DNA of 64,000 nt from Felis catus (GCF_018350175.1 NC_058368.1:185754001-185818000), one strand, 5' to 3'; positions 26,560 through 39,589 are shown, counted from the first letter of the stretch. Translations and numbers: made by a program. Notes: generated by a model not told the origin, from the sequence alone.

Positions 26560-26770
26560 CATTTATTGAGTATTTTTTATGTTTGGAGCTTTCTATGTAC
26601 AAGTAATATGCTTCATCAATATTATTTCAGTTAATCCTGATAGCAACAATATGAAATAAATGCTCATATTATCTTTATTTTTTAGTGAAGAAACTGAGTC
26701 CAGAAAAGTTAAAGGTCACGTGACAGACAAAACCAAGTTTGTCTGACCTCAAAGTTTTTTCCTTCAAACA
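26560..26770 (-). mobile_element. MIR
   Basis: atttattgagt...ttaatcctgatagcaac...gtgaagaaactgagtc...aaggtcac. Confidence 0.6.
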
Positions 26771-26980
26771 CATTCTGACCAGAGCAAGACTTTCACCCTC
26801 TCTGTGTTTCAGTTGATAGAATGGTTTCATTCTGTAGAATGAGTTATTTTGAATAGATATGAAGTCTTCCATCATTAGCATCTATGAATGTTTAAAGTAT
26901 ACTAATTCATAAGCTGTAACCAAACATCTTTGTCTTAGACATTTTGGCAATATATGCATATGAACATTATCTGTATACAT

Positions 26981-27130
26981 TGAGTATTCTCAAAGTCTAG
27001 CATTTCTTGAGCTATCACTTAGAGGGCTTATTCAGGAGGTGTGGAAAGGGGCTTGAGAATTTACATTTCTAACAAGTTCGCACTTGCTGCTGATGCTTCT
27101 GGTCTGGGAGCTCTCTTTGAAAATCCTTGG
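26981..27130. mobile_element. MER5A-like hAT-Charlie MITE
   Basis: gagaatttacatttctaacaagttc...gctgatgcttctggtctggg...ctttgaaaatc. Confidence 0.75.
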
Positions 27131-27134
27131 TATA

Positions 27135-27353
27135 GGGGCACCTGGGTGGCTCAATGTCTTAAGCATCCGACTCCATCTTAGGTAATGATTTCATGGTTGT
27201 GAGTTCCAGCCCTGCATCAGGCTCTGTGCTGACGGCTCAGAGTCTGCAGCCTGCTTTGGATTCTGTGTGTCCCTTTTTCTCTTCCACTCCCCTGCTCATG
27301 CTCTGTCTCTCCTTCAAAAATAAATAAACTCTGAAAAATCATTTAAATAAAAA
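27135..27353 (+). mobile_element. Can-SINE, diverged
   Basis: ggggcacctgggtggctc head through aaaataaataaac tail; degenerate TSD gaaaa...gtata. Confidence 0.92.
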
Positions 27354-27669
27354 GAAAAGCACTAGTATAAATGTAGGGCAAGCAAATGAAGTGAAATACG
27401 TGTTTACCATTTTAAAAGTGATTTGTTATATGAATGACCTGTTTGGAATTGATATTAGAAACTTGTTTTTATTAAAATTTTCCAGAATGAATGCCACATT
27501 TCTTGGTGTTATTTAAAGACTTATAACTTATTTTCTGTATCTTATGCAATGGGAGAGCCTGGACTCTAAGCTAAATTATCTGACTTCTAGCCAGAGGCCT
27601 TTTACCACATAGTTAGGTAATTATACTTCAGGAGTAGTATATATTTTTTCCCAGTAGACATTATATACT

Positions 27670-27840
27670 CACCTATACTCTTCACCTAACACTCAGAGAG
27701 ATCTTTCTTTAAAATGCATAACTATTTTCAAAATATGTAGCTCCTCTTCTTAAAAATATTCAGTGGCTTCTGACTGTCCTTAGGATAAGGTAAGAATTCC
27801 TTAATATTATGTATGGTTCATCCAAATTCCAGGTGACCAA

Positions 27841-27884
<44 letters not shown>

Positions 27885-28335
27885 CACCAGACTTCAGCAC
27901 AATACTTCTTTCAAATTCTTAGACTTCCCCAAGCTCCTTCTCTCCTCACAGTAACATCTGCACAAAGTTGGTCATTAAATTGGCCTATAAAAAACCCTAC
28001 CTTGTCCCTATCACTCTTCTTATTTGCTTAGCATGTTCCTGTTGCCCCCTACCCCCCATCTAGGTGTTTAAATGTCCTTTCCTTAGAAAATGATTTTTCT
28101 GATAGCCACTCCTTACCTTCAATAGCCTAATCTCTCAAAATTCCCATGTTCCTTAAAAGGCCTTAAAAGATCTATAATTAAATATTCTATTGAATTACTT
28201 AAAAACTTCCCCTCCTCCAGGACATTCAACATGTCTGCATCACGCAGTGGTGGATCCCCAGTGCCTAGCACAGTGCCTGGTACCGAATAGGCACAAAAAT
28301 ACATATTTGTTGAGTGACCAAATGAATGAATGAAC
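27670..28335 (+). mobile_element. L2 3' region
   Basis: ccccagtgcctagcacagtgcctgg...atatttgttgagtg...aatgaatgaatgaa L2 terminus. Confidence 0.7.
27843..27881. repeat. Poly(T)39 tract
   Basis: Direct read. Confidence 0.9.
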
Positions 28336-29339
28336 CAAGTAACAAACCATATTTTATGGACATAGGAAAATTCTGGAAACATTTCTTTTGGGCTGAATAG
28401 AACCTACAGACCTAACATTGTAAGTAATTTGTTATGATAATGTAAATGTGGATTTATATTTTGATGCTTCATGTTTGATTGAATTTTGAAATAACATCTG
28501 GAGCTTTTTGAACTCTTGAGATAAGAGCCATGTCTATACACTTTTGTCGTATAAATGAGGCCATTCTTCAGTCTTCTTTCCAGGAAAGGGTGGCATAACA
28601 AAGGCAGACTGTCTGGATATGGCAAGGATACTGCATCTACAGAGATTCTCTTATTAAATTACTGTCTCTCCACTAATCAGGGAAAGATGACTCAGAACAC
28701 TTGGGAACCTGAAAGCTTCCAAGATGAATTCCAAATTCCTTCTTTTTCTGTTAGCATGCAGCAGAACTGGTGAGATTGTATAACAGTCTCTCTTTGTAAG
28801 CACCTCCCTTATGTCTGTTTGTGAATCAGTCAATAAGACAAGGATCAAGGAAAAATTGTGATCCTTGTTAAGTTGAAAAACAAAAAAAAAAAATAGAGAA
28901 CAAGGGCAGGACTATGACTTGGGTGATGTAGCCTGGACATAACTAACCTAATTTTCTAGAAAATCTTGGCATCTGTAAATTTTGTGACAGAATTCACAAA
29001 ATTTTTCTTCCCAGAGGTTAGTTGGATCCCACTCAACATTGTTGATTTCCATTTGGTGAATAAAATGAACACAATGTGAGAGGTCTCTGGATACCAATGA
29101 TGATAAAAGAATCTAAGACATTCTGGTTAAAAGGTGAAAATCAAATACCAGTGGGTGGCATTGGCATATCTTACTGCTTGAAAGGGCAAAATCTGCTGCT
29201 TTTTTCAAATTTGGCTGAGGCAGTTGCCTTGATCGCATCAGGGTTAACAAAAGGCCAAACATTTGAATCTGTCCATTGTTTGAGTCCTTCTCATCTTCTA
29301 GGTTTCAACTTAAAAAATAATCTCAGTCCAAAGCCCTGT

Positions 29340-29665
29340 TTTCTACCTGAGCACACTGTGCTTTCTTCTAGCTCTTATCTTGATCTCGTAGCAAAAAATA
29401 ACTTGCCCAAAGAAGCTATTCTTGATGACTGTCTCACCTAAGTACCCCCTTCACCATTATTTTCTGTTTCAACCACTTGATTTATATTGTGGTATGTATC
29501 ACAATTAGTTACTTGTTTTTCAGTTTCTTTTTTTTTTTAACCTTTTGTATCACACGGGTAGGACCATGTTCAATTTTTCTTTCTTCTCTTTATATCTACA
29601 GTTTCTTTCAGAGTTCCAAGCATAGAGTAAGTGCTCAAAAAATATTGGATGAATTGATTATCTGA
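29340..29665 (+). mobile_element. L2 3' fragment
   Basis: agtaagtgctcaaaaaatattggatgaattga terminus. Confidence 0.5.
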
Positions 29666-30559
29666 TTTAGTTATTTATTTCTTCAAGAATATTGATTATC
29701 ATATGACTGAATAAACATAGATTAATTATCATTCTTATTAAAAAGGTAGAAAACTAAGATGTAAAGAAATTATATGACTTGCCTATTCTTTCAGCTGTTA
29801 GGGATGGAGATAGAATTTGAACCCAGTATTTTTTTAATTTCATGTCATTGTTGTAAGATATTTTGTTTACTATTCCCAGTGTCCTGAGAAAGAGTGAAAG
29901 AATAGGAAAGTGACATTTTTTGATGCTCTGATGGTAGTTGCCACATTATTTTATTTGTTGCTTCCAGTAGACCTGTGAAAAAGATAGTATTATTCTCCTT
30001 TTCTGCATCAAGTCTTTCACTTTTGATGAGCAGAATATTAACCCATGAAGTTTTAAAACTTGCATATATATCCTGTTTTCCATTTCATAATCTCTGGATT
30101 TGAGAGTCAGTATCTCCATTTTTTTTTAAGTTCAACAAGTGATTCTAAAGTATAATTAGGCTTAAAATATCCTTCCATATATAAACAAGACAAGCTATTA
30201 GAGGTTAAATAATCCAAGATTACACTGATAAATGGTAAATCTAGCACTTAAATATCAGCTTTCAAAGCCCTTTTTTCCCCCTTTAACCATACTATAGCTC
30301 TCAGTACTTTCTTTTTCCTGTAAAATTTGATGTCAAAGTACCCAGTAGTTTCACCCTATAACCAACACTCATACTTTCATAGAAACTTATATAGGCAAAT
30401 AAGTTTTTTCAAGGATTCTTAACCATACAGAATCTCTATATTCCATGGTCATGTAGATAAACCCTGGTTAATAATTTTTCCTTTAGATGTTTAAATGCTC
30501 ACAAATTCAATTTTCTATGACAAGACATAAAGACATTTTTAGCTGATTAAAATATTCAA

Positions 30560-31930
30560 ACAAATATTCAAGTGTTCAGTTTTATATTCCTTTAGTATTT
30601 ATTTTTAAATATTTATAAATTTTAAGGTAGTGTACTAAGTGCTGGAGATAGAATCTTTTTTATTTTATTTTATTTTAGTTTAGTTTAGTTTATTTATTTT
30701 TGATAGAGACAGAGTGTGAGTAGGGGAGGAGTAGAAGAGAGGGAGACACAGAATCCAAAGCAGGCTCCAGGCTCTGAGCTGTCAACACAGAGTCCCACAC
30801 GGGGTTTGAACCCATGAACTGTGAGATCATGACCTCAGCTGAAGTCAGACGCTTAACTGATTGAGCCACCCAGGTGCCCCTGGAGATAAGATTTTGAATA
30901 AGATCAACACTGACACACCCCTTAAATGAAATTAGTATTATAGTGGGAAGACAGATATGCATTTAAATAAAATCGTAGGAAGCCTTCAAAGAGATCAAGG
31001 GTGCCAAATATTATACGGTAATTCTGGGGAATCAAGACTATGTCTATGAGCTACTTACTGGATACAGCTTAGAGAGAGGCTGGAAATGGGAGGAAGAGAA
31101 AAGAGTTGTCAAAGTGATACTATGATTCTGGCTTGCACAATGGCATATAGATGGTGGTGTCATTTACTGAGCTGGGTAACAGTTGAAGAATGCCACGTGT
31201 ACTTGGTAAAATGGAGAAAATGTCAACGAGAAATGTGTACATATTGAGCTTGGGGTGTCTTTGAAATTTCCAAGTGAGAATATAAGTAGACTTCTCCAGT
31301 TCCACAATCTCTATGCTTAGATAGGGGGTCTGGATGTATAAATGCAGAGATAGTCAACATGTAGTGATAGAAGATGAAGAGCTCACCTAAGGGCAGAAAA
31401 CTGAATGACTCAAGTAGAAATATTAAGACTAAACCCTCATGAATTCCACTATTATAAAGCTAGGTAGAGTAGGAAGATCCAGGAAAAGCTATTGAAAGAA
31501 AAGACAGAGTGGGGAAGAGGAACATGAAAGGATGGTATTATGGAACACAGGGGAAGAGTGTTTTTAGTAGGGTGAGAATTTTCCACTGTGTGGAAGTTCT
31601 GCAAGGTCAAGCAAACGAGAACTGAAAAGTGATGTAGAGGTTCCTTAGTGACCTTTGCAAGGGCCATTGTGGCTTAGTGACTGGAGACAAAGCCAAACTG
31701 CAGTAGGTTGATGAGTGAGTGGCAAGTGTGGAAAGCAAGAAGATACAGAATCCAGAGTGCAGATGGAATGTTTGGCTTTAGATAGATACCCTTCCTTTTA
31801 TGTAGGAGGGAAATTTGAGGAGAAATGACAGAATCATTTCCAGTAATTTAGAAGTATGAGAACAAAAAGAAAAGAAAGTTCCTGTCTGGTGGCTTCTATT
31901 TTCTCTTTACAAATGGTTATGTGATCTTCC
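30560..31930 (-). mobile_element. L2 (fragmented, contains a Can-SINE)
   Basis: gatggtggtgtcatttactgagctggg; gtgacctttgcaagggc...aagccaaactgcagtaggttga reverse L2 motifs. Confidence 0.6.
30656..30880 (-). mobile_element. Can-SINE
   Basis: Reverse head gagccacccaggtgcccc; (tttta/tttag)n tail; TSD tggagata. Confidence 0.95.
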
Positions 31931-31940
31931 GAGAGTGATG

Positions 31941-32753
31941 GTATATTATCAGATAGGTGTTGCTGAGTAACAAATAGTATCAAATTTGGAATCTTAAAAT
32001 GGCAACCGATTATCATTCCTCATCAGTCTTTGGATGGGCAAGGCAGTTGAGCTGATGCGGCTAGGTTGCATTGATTTTGGCTGGTCTTGCTCATGTGTTT
32101 GCAGCCAGCTGCCAGGTTGGCTGAAGACTGGTTCATGTAGTATCACTTCAGCTGAGTCAATTCACTTCCTCCCCATGTCATCTTTTATCCTACAGCAGGT
32201 TGGTTCAGGCTTGTTCTAATGATGGTACCAATATTCTTGGAGAGAAAACTGTTTCGGACATTCCCCCAACCCTAAATACATATGTTGAAGCCCTAACCCC
32301 TCCAGTATGACTGTATTTATAGATTACAGAAGTAATTAAGATTAAATGAAGTCATAAAGATAAGGCTTAGTGTCCTTATAAGAAATGACACCAGAGAGCT
32401 TGTGTGAGGACACATTGAGAAGGAGGTTGTCTGCAGGCCAGGAAGAGAGGCCTCACCAGAACCTGATCATGCTGGTACCCTGATCTCACATTTCCGATTC
32501 CAACACTGTGAGAAAATTAATTTTCTTAAGTCACCCAATCTATGACATTTTGTTATGGAAACCCAAGCAGACCCATATTGAAACAAACACAAACCCCACA
32601 TACATCCTTTTTCAAGCCTCTGCTCACATCAAGCATGCTACTACCCTCTTGGCCAAAATAAATCACATACCCACTTCGAGATTATGAGTGAGAAAAATCC
32701 CCAAAATTCCAAGGAGGACATTCACTGAAGCCAGTTATATAGCAAATCCAACA
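31941..32753 (-). mobile_element. MaLR LTR (MLT1H-like), split by a nested MLT1A/B
   Basis: tgttgctgagtaacaaa...; resumes after 32580 with tttcaagcctctgct...ttggccaaaataaatcacat. Confidence 0.65.
32250..32579 (+). mobile_element. MaLR LTR (MLT1A/B-like), nested
   Basis: catatgttgaagccctaacccc...gccaggaagagaggcctcaccagaacctgatcatgctgg; flanked by (a/g)aaac. Confidence 0.8.
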
Positions 32754-32929
32754 GAGAAAGGAAAGTGGATTTGGATGTGTGAGTAAAAGGGACAGAATTT
32801 AATTTATTCACTGTGGACCACAGAAAATCTTATTGACAAGAGAAATACATTAGTAGTTTTAGTCTGTGATGAGTCACACTAATCAACTTTGCAGTATGAT
32901 ATTTTTTCTGGGAATGTTAAATTATCAGG

Positions 32930-33317
32930 TATGTTAGTCAGCTGGGAATTATATAGCAAAATACCATAGACTAGGTGGGTTAAATAACAGAAATTTATTT
33001 TCTCACAGTTTTGGAGACTGGAAGTCCAGTGTCAACGTAGTCAAATTATGGTGAGAGCTCTCTTCTTAATTTGCACATGGCTACCTTCTCACTTTGTATC
33101 CACAAGGCCATTTTTCATTGTGTGCACATGGAGCAAAAGGGAGTGTCTGTCTCTCCCTCTTCTTCCAAGGATACCAGTCCTTTTGGATTAGGACCCCTAC
33201 CCTTATAACCACATTTAATCTTAATTACCTCCTAAAAGTTCTGTCTCCAAGCAAATCATATTGGGGGTTAGGGCTTTACCATATGAATTGAGAGGGGAAA
33301 CGATACAGTTCGTAACA
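32930..33317 (-). mobile_element. MaLR LTR (MLT1B-like)
   Basis: aaaataccatagactaggtgggttaaataacagaaatttattttctcacagtt...gggttagggcttt; 5-bp TSD (t/c)cagg. Confidence 0.85.
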
Positions 33318-34849
33318 CCAGGGTATAGGAAAGATATGACATATTGTTGTTTGTTTTTGGTTTGTTTTTCCAAGAAGTTTTCCAGATGACAGTTAAAGGG
33401 CAGAAAGGCAATGGAATTAATACTATTCGTTAGAGAACATCTAAAATATAAACTGAAAATAGATGGTAAAAAAATGGAGAGGAAGAAAACAGACATGCCA
33501 CAAGATTGGAGGAGTAATTTCTTTTAACAGTGGTAGAGCATTCCAGCTAAAATAATCTATGTTAGGCCATTAGAATTAATGATTTGCAATGTAGAATGGC
33601 TTCGGGAATGAGAAGATTCAGGGTATATCCATGAACATGGATCATGAAGGAGGTTGAAAAAAGATCATTGGAGAGAAGGAAGTAATGGAACTGAGAGGCA
33701 AGTGTGCTGTAAATATTGTACATGTGCATACTGGCATCATCCACCCAGTGGCAGAGGCTTGGTGGGAGAAAGCCCAGGCAAGATAGTATTGCTTTAAAAG
33801 AAATGATTCATAGAGATGTAGAAAACACTGACTAGGATGTTTTCTGTACCTTAATGTTTCAATTAATCAATAGTGAGATGGACATACTGAGTCTTACAAA
33901 TTATTTATATAAATAATTATCTTGCAATTTATAGGGTACAGGTCCTCCCAGTAAGATCTGTAGAATGCAGCAAAGACAAAATACTAAGGCAAAGCAGTTA
34001 GGTACTGTTGGTCCTAATTGTTCTCTGAGTAAATGCTTTCTTTTTAGGAGCACTTGAGGCAATGAGATAGATCAGTTCTTACTGCCAAATTTAAAAGCTG
34101 CATCCAGATAATCAGCCAAAGGAAAAGACAAGATTCAGGTTGCGTATCTTGTTATTGTATTGTTTTGTTGTTGTTTTTTTTCTAGCCTTTTAGCTGACAG
34201 ATGGCCCTTGAATTTCTCCTCCTGCCCCCACCCTTCTGCTTTGCTGTATCAGTAATGTTTCATTCTCATATCCCTGAGTTTTGGAAGGGTTCAGCTGTCT
34301 TAGTATTTTTCTGTGTGTTTATATTGTGCCTCTCATTTTAGTCTTTTTGAAGAAGGTTAACAATCTTCCAGAGAGGTGTCTCTCCATCTGGAAAATGTTA
34401 AATACAGGAGCAGCCAAGAATAAGGGTAAAATTCCCCGACCAGGCCTTACCCTGCACCCATTTTATCTTTCTTTATGTGTTTTTCAGCTGGAAATAATAG
34501 GACTTACTCTTAAGAGACATGGTTTCTGATGGACCTTTCAAGGTATTCTAATTCCCTTTATTTCAGTTTCTGAAGTTGCACATAGAGGAAATATGAGCGA
34601 AGGTTGTGAGTACAACATAAGGTTTCTCCTCTAATTGGAAAGACTTTTCGATATCCCCTAGGCAGAAACTGGTATACCTTCCTCTTACTGATAAAATAAC
34701 TATTATGAAGATCTCTATAATAGCAATTAACCCACTGTTTCATACGAGTTCCCTCTGCTAGATTCTGAGCTCTTTGTGGGGACAGTGCTAATCTCCTTAA
34801 TCTTGAAATGACTTGCAACTAGCACAGAACTTGGCAATTCACAATGGCA

Positions 34850-35090
34850 AGCATTTATTGAATGTTATTATGTTCCAAGAATTACCTAATACTTCCTATT
34901 ATTCATTCGTTTGACTCTAAAAAGCACCCTACAAAATAGGCACTATATTATTTCTATTTTACAGAATGCCAAATTTGAGGTGTAATGAGGTAAAATGAAC
35001 TAATCCAGGTAACACAGCCCTTAAGAGGTGGAACCAGAGCTGAAACACAAAAGTCTAATTCCAGAATCTGCTCTTTGCACCAGCACACAA
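34850..35090 (-). mobile_element. MIR
   Basis: gcatttattgaatg...attatttctattttacaga...ccaggtaacacagc. Confidence 0.55.
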
Positions 35091-35241
35091 TCATTTCACA
35101 AATCTTTATTCAGCATGGACTGTCTTACTTCCTGTGCTAGTCACTGAAAATCCTCCAGTATCTTGTGCGATTTGTATTAATGGGGTTAAAAGTACAGAGT
35201 GTCTTATGTAAGGAAAAGTACAGGTTGATATTGGAAAACAC

Positions 35242-35760
35242 TATCAATTAGGGCTTTTTTTAGCTGTAAATAATAAGTCAAACCAGTACTCCTCTAATCC
35301 CTGAGTATATTTACTGTTTTCTCAAGAAAAAATTCAGAGGTTGGCACTGCCAAGGTCATTTTTTTTTTCTTTTTTGGCTCAGAGTGTCTTCAATGACCAG
35401 TCTCCTTGACCTTTCTATTCCACACCCCTCTCCCTCTAGGTGACTGTGATGTTCCCTTTGTGGCTTTAAGATGGTAGCACAGCTTTGAATCAACATAACA
35501 ACAGCGCCTTCAGTCAGAGAGGGGAAACAAGATGAGGGGAGAGGTCACAAGTAGCCTCTTCTTTCTAAATCTATTTCTTACCAGAAAGAATGTCTTTCCT
35601 GAAATTTCCTGCTGATTTTCCCTATGTCTCATTGTTTTGGCAAAAGAAATAACACTTCCATGATTAAATTAATCAAAGTAGGCATCCATATAAAAATATG
35701 GCTCTCTTACTTAGAAAGGAAAGAGAGGATGGCAGGTGGGTAGAAAACAATAAAATAACT
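35242..35760 (-). mobile_element. Old MaLR LTR (MLT1J/K/L-like)
   Basis: aagatggtagcacagct, ttccctatgtctcattg, gaggatggcaggtgggtagaaaacaa. Confidence 0.5.
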
Positions 35761-36049
35761 CTAAAAGGACTCTAGTGGGATTTAGCAATTATTGGAAAGT
35801 TGAGGACAGCTTCCCCCGCAGGGAATGACATTTCTCTAAGATTTGAAAGGTGGTCAGCAAGAATACATGTTGTGGGGGGGGAGAATTCGAGGCAGAGGGA
35901 TTGTGTATAAAGTCCAGAGTCAAGAGAAAGCTCAGCACTCTTGAGGGTGTTAAGGAGTCTGTAGGTATTAAGAATGCCTGGACTAAAGAGAGTTAAAAAG
36001 ATAAGGAAAGGCCTCAATTTGTAGTTAGGACTCAGATTGTAGAGAATCT

Positions 36050-36271
36050 ATTTTAATTTTTTTAATGTTTGTTTATTTTGGAGAGAGAGAGTGACAGTGC
36101 AAGTGAAGAAGGGGCAGAGAGAGAGGGAGACACAGAATCCAAAGCAGGCTGCAGGCTGCAGGCTTTGAGCTGTCAGCACAGAGCCCAACACGGGGCTCGA
36201 ATTCACAGACTGTGAGATCATGATCTCAGCCGAAATCGAATGCTTAGCCGACTGAGCCACCCAGGCACTCC
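36050..36271 (-). mobile_element. Can-SINE
   Basis: TSD tgtagagaatct at 36038-36049 and 36272-36283; internal (gcaggct)3 slippage. Confidence 0.95.
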
Positions 36272-37474
36272 TGTAGAGAATCTTATAAGTCACTTTAGGA
36301 TTGGAGATTTTATAGTAAGTGGAATGAAAAGCTATTTAGAATCTCAGAAAATAGTTACTGAATAAATGTTGAATAACAACTAAAAGCAATAGCATTAATA
36401 TTTATATTTTTGAGAAATATATCATATCATGAGAAATTTAGTGCCCATATGCTAACATTGGCTTTTCAAAACATATTACTACCATACCCTCTTAAAACAC
36501 ACTATATTTTGTGGCCTTTATGTAATAGAACTTGATAAATACCCAGGAAATTTATAAAGAGTCCAAAGCTGCTTTAAGGACAGGTCTGTCTTTGCACTCT
36601 GATTTCTTGCTAAAATCCAGTAGGGAAAGCTTAATCTGTAAGGAAGTGAGAGAGGAAGAGAATTGTGATATGGGGCAGCCCCCTGGGCCAGAAAGCAAGA
36701 CAGAAAGGATGAGGCAAGCATGGAAGTAGAGTGAAGACTTGAGGGTGAATGCCTTATTAAATTTGTGTTCTGGAAGCCTTTCTAACTCCATCCTTGTCCT
36801 GGTACTGGCAATTAGAGTGAATCTGGATTTTTTAACTTGTAGCCAGAATGACCTTACTAATGGAAGATATTCACCACACCTGAATGTGAATAGTTTATAG
36901 TTATGTGTGTTCAGTCAGTTGTTCCATCCTCTCCACGCCTTACTGTCTTCATCTGTAAAATGTGGTTGCTCTGAAGGGTCATATGGAACAACTTAGGTAA
37001 ATACTTATAGTAGTACAACACTATCATTGGCAAGCTCAGAAAATAGTAGGGAATATTAGTATTTTGTTGATGATGGATTGGAATTAGATTACGTTTTTAC
37101 TCAGGTTTTCTATATCTTTGTCTCCCTTGAAACTTGATGCCCTTCTGAGGGGTGCAAGTCATAGGAGGGATTTTTAGACATTAAAGCAAGCAGTAAGGAG
37201 AGATACTTTGGAATTGGGAGAATATCATGTGGACATTCATTGTTGCCTTGAGATATAACCTGTCCAATCTCAGTAAATATGTATTGAGAATAGTGTTCTA
37301 GTTTCTCAGGATGAAGCAAAGAATATGAACATGTTCTCTCTGCCCACTAAGAGCTTACAGGCTAATTATACACATTAGGAAAATTATTCTATGTATTAAC
37401 AAGGAGTAAACTTGCGTTCTCAGAATTTAAATTCTCCTCTGAATTTTTCTTCACAGGGACAAAATGATAAATTT

Positions 37475-37690
37475 GTTTTGTTTTTAATTTTTTTAATGTT
37501 TATTTTTGAGAGAGAGAGAGAGAGAGCACGCAGGGAAGGGGAGAGAGAGGGGGGAAGACAGAATCTGAAGCAGGCTCCAGGCTCTGAGCTGTCAACACAG
37601 AGCCTGACACGGGGCTTGAACCCACGAACTGTGAGATCATGGCCTGAGCTGAAGTCCAACGCCCAACCAACTGAGCCACCCAGATGCCCC
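37475..37690 (-). mobile_element. Can-SINE
   Basis: Reverse head ctgagccacccagatgcccc, (GA)n; imperfect TSD aaaatga...attt. Confidence 0.95.
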
Positions 37691-37964
37691 AAAATGAGGA
37701 TTTTTAAAGCATAAAATGATTAATGTCAGCTTACACCAAAATCAAACTCCAAGATTTATGACATTTTCCAAATGAATACAAGAATTTGGAGATAGGTTAA
37801 TGCATAATATAAGTTGCAGGTAATCAAACTCTGAAGTGGAATTAAAAACTGTACTATAATATACATAAAATTCCATAATTATCTATCATAGAGCTTTGAC
37901 ATCAGAGAGAAATCCATAATACATAAGTTAGCTAAAAGTGCACAATTGGTGGAAAATGGATATT

Positions 37965-37978
37965 GTTACCATGGCAAC
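37965..37978. promoter_or_regulatory. RFX X-box consensus site
   Basis: GTTACCATGGCAAC fully matches GTTNCCATGGNAAC; function untested. Confidence 0.45.
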
Positions 37979-38459
37979 CAGATTTGAGACTGACAAGATT
38001 GGTTTTAACCTAGGTTCCTGTTTTAGGAATGAACACATGCAAATAATTAGATAGATAAATTGCTGAGACAGCATGTGAGGAAAACAAGTATATTTAAGGA
38101 AAACTCTCCCAAATCTAAACCCTCATCAGCTGTAAACAGAATAAAAGTATTATCACCCTGCACTGAACAGTGACTTCTCTTTCATGCTATTCTATATGAA
38201 GGTTTGGGTACTTTTCTTTCATCTAAAGCTATAATATTCTTTTTTGAGATTGTTGTTGAGTTGCATAAAATGTGACTGTACAGAGAGTTTCCCTCCCTAT
38301 AAAGTGAAATTGTTGGATTAGATAATGTTTCAGTATCATGGTTAGATGGATGCTCTTGGTTTAGAATTCCAGACTTCAGTAATTTCAAGAGGTCGTTTTC
38401 ATTCTCCTTTAATAGATTTAAATGTTTTTCTCTCAGTACTGAGGCATGTGTCTTAGGCA

Positions 38460-38800
38460 TGGGATAACTTGGTGCAAGTGTGAAATATCTGTTCAAATTA
38501 GTTTAATCAAAAAAAAAGAAAACAAGATATTTATCAAAATAAGTCATATTTAGAACATGGACTTTCAGTCAGGGAAGTACTGCTATATCTTACTGACTGG
38601 GATTAGACCCGGAAAGTCATTTGTAATTTTTCATTCTCTTTCTTATCATTATCCTGTCTCTTCTATGTGTTGCTCATTATATTTGCTTCATTTCTTTTTT
38701 CTCTGTTGCCTACATTCCCCCCACCCCGTCTACTTGTGCATGGGCCCATGCTAAGATCTACATTATAACCTTGTTCAGGTATCGAGTAGGTATTGTTGAG
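38460..38800 (-). mobile_element. Old MaLR/ERVL LTR remnant (MLT1J/K-like)
   Basis: Minus strand ends ttaaactaatttgaacag...cacttgcacc, resembling the MLT1 3' terminus. Confidence 0.45.
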
Positions 38801-39589
38801 GGCAGTGCTTTCCAAAATTTTTCTTTGTGAGATATGAAGCTATGAATTCCCTGTTCCAGGCCAGATAGCCACAGATTAAAAAAATTTAATGATCAGCTCT
38901 TGTTGCTGCCACTATGGGTCATGAACAGAGCAGCACACCTACTCCTTCGGCCCCATGTTGTAGCCATGCATGCACGCATGAGACCATTCACACCTGCTTA
39001 GAATGCTGTTGTAACTCTTGCTTGTGGCCTCTGCCTGTCAATTCAAAATAGAAATACCTGTTATCAGGTTATGGATTCTGTTTCTAGTATTTGCAGACCA
39101 TGCTAGGAATTCCTTAAAAGGAATGGAAGCGTGAAAGTGATCTCCCAGGATCATATGCTGCCAAAATAGAAGTCATAACCATGTTCAAGAATGGGCAGTG
39201 AGCTTACTCCACATTGCAGCACCCCATGTGAAGAAAACACCCATGATACTAAATACTGTAACTCCCATCAATGAGTTATTGTTGATACATGCAGCTGCAC
39301 TTAATGAAAACGACAGTAACAACAGAAATAATCAATTCTTGGAAACATCTACACTATTTTGAATGTTTTTGACCATTACAATTTTTCTGTGGAGTTTCAG
39401 AAGTCACGTGAAATTTCCACTGATGACCTTAACCATGTACAACACGAAGGTAGGTGATTCACTGGAAAATACCTAAAAGACTATGTATCTGTCCCTACGG
39501 CTGCAGAAAGAGCCTCCCCCTTCTGTCATCTAGCTCTCATATGAGTGTTTCTCATTGACAGATATTAAACCAAAGCCATTGGCAAGTAG

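Noticed and set aside
38182..38496. 104-aa minus-strand ORF considered as an endogenous viral or host coding fragment
   Set aside because: Non-ATG start, no recognisable motif, and overlaps an LTR end; a BLASTP search would be needed to revive it
38733..38760. Minus-strand ttagcatgggcccatgcacaag resembles part of U6 snRNA
   Set aside because: Only about 22 nt with mismatches, flanks do not match U6, and it lies in an LTR-like remnant
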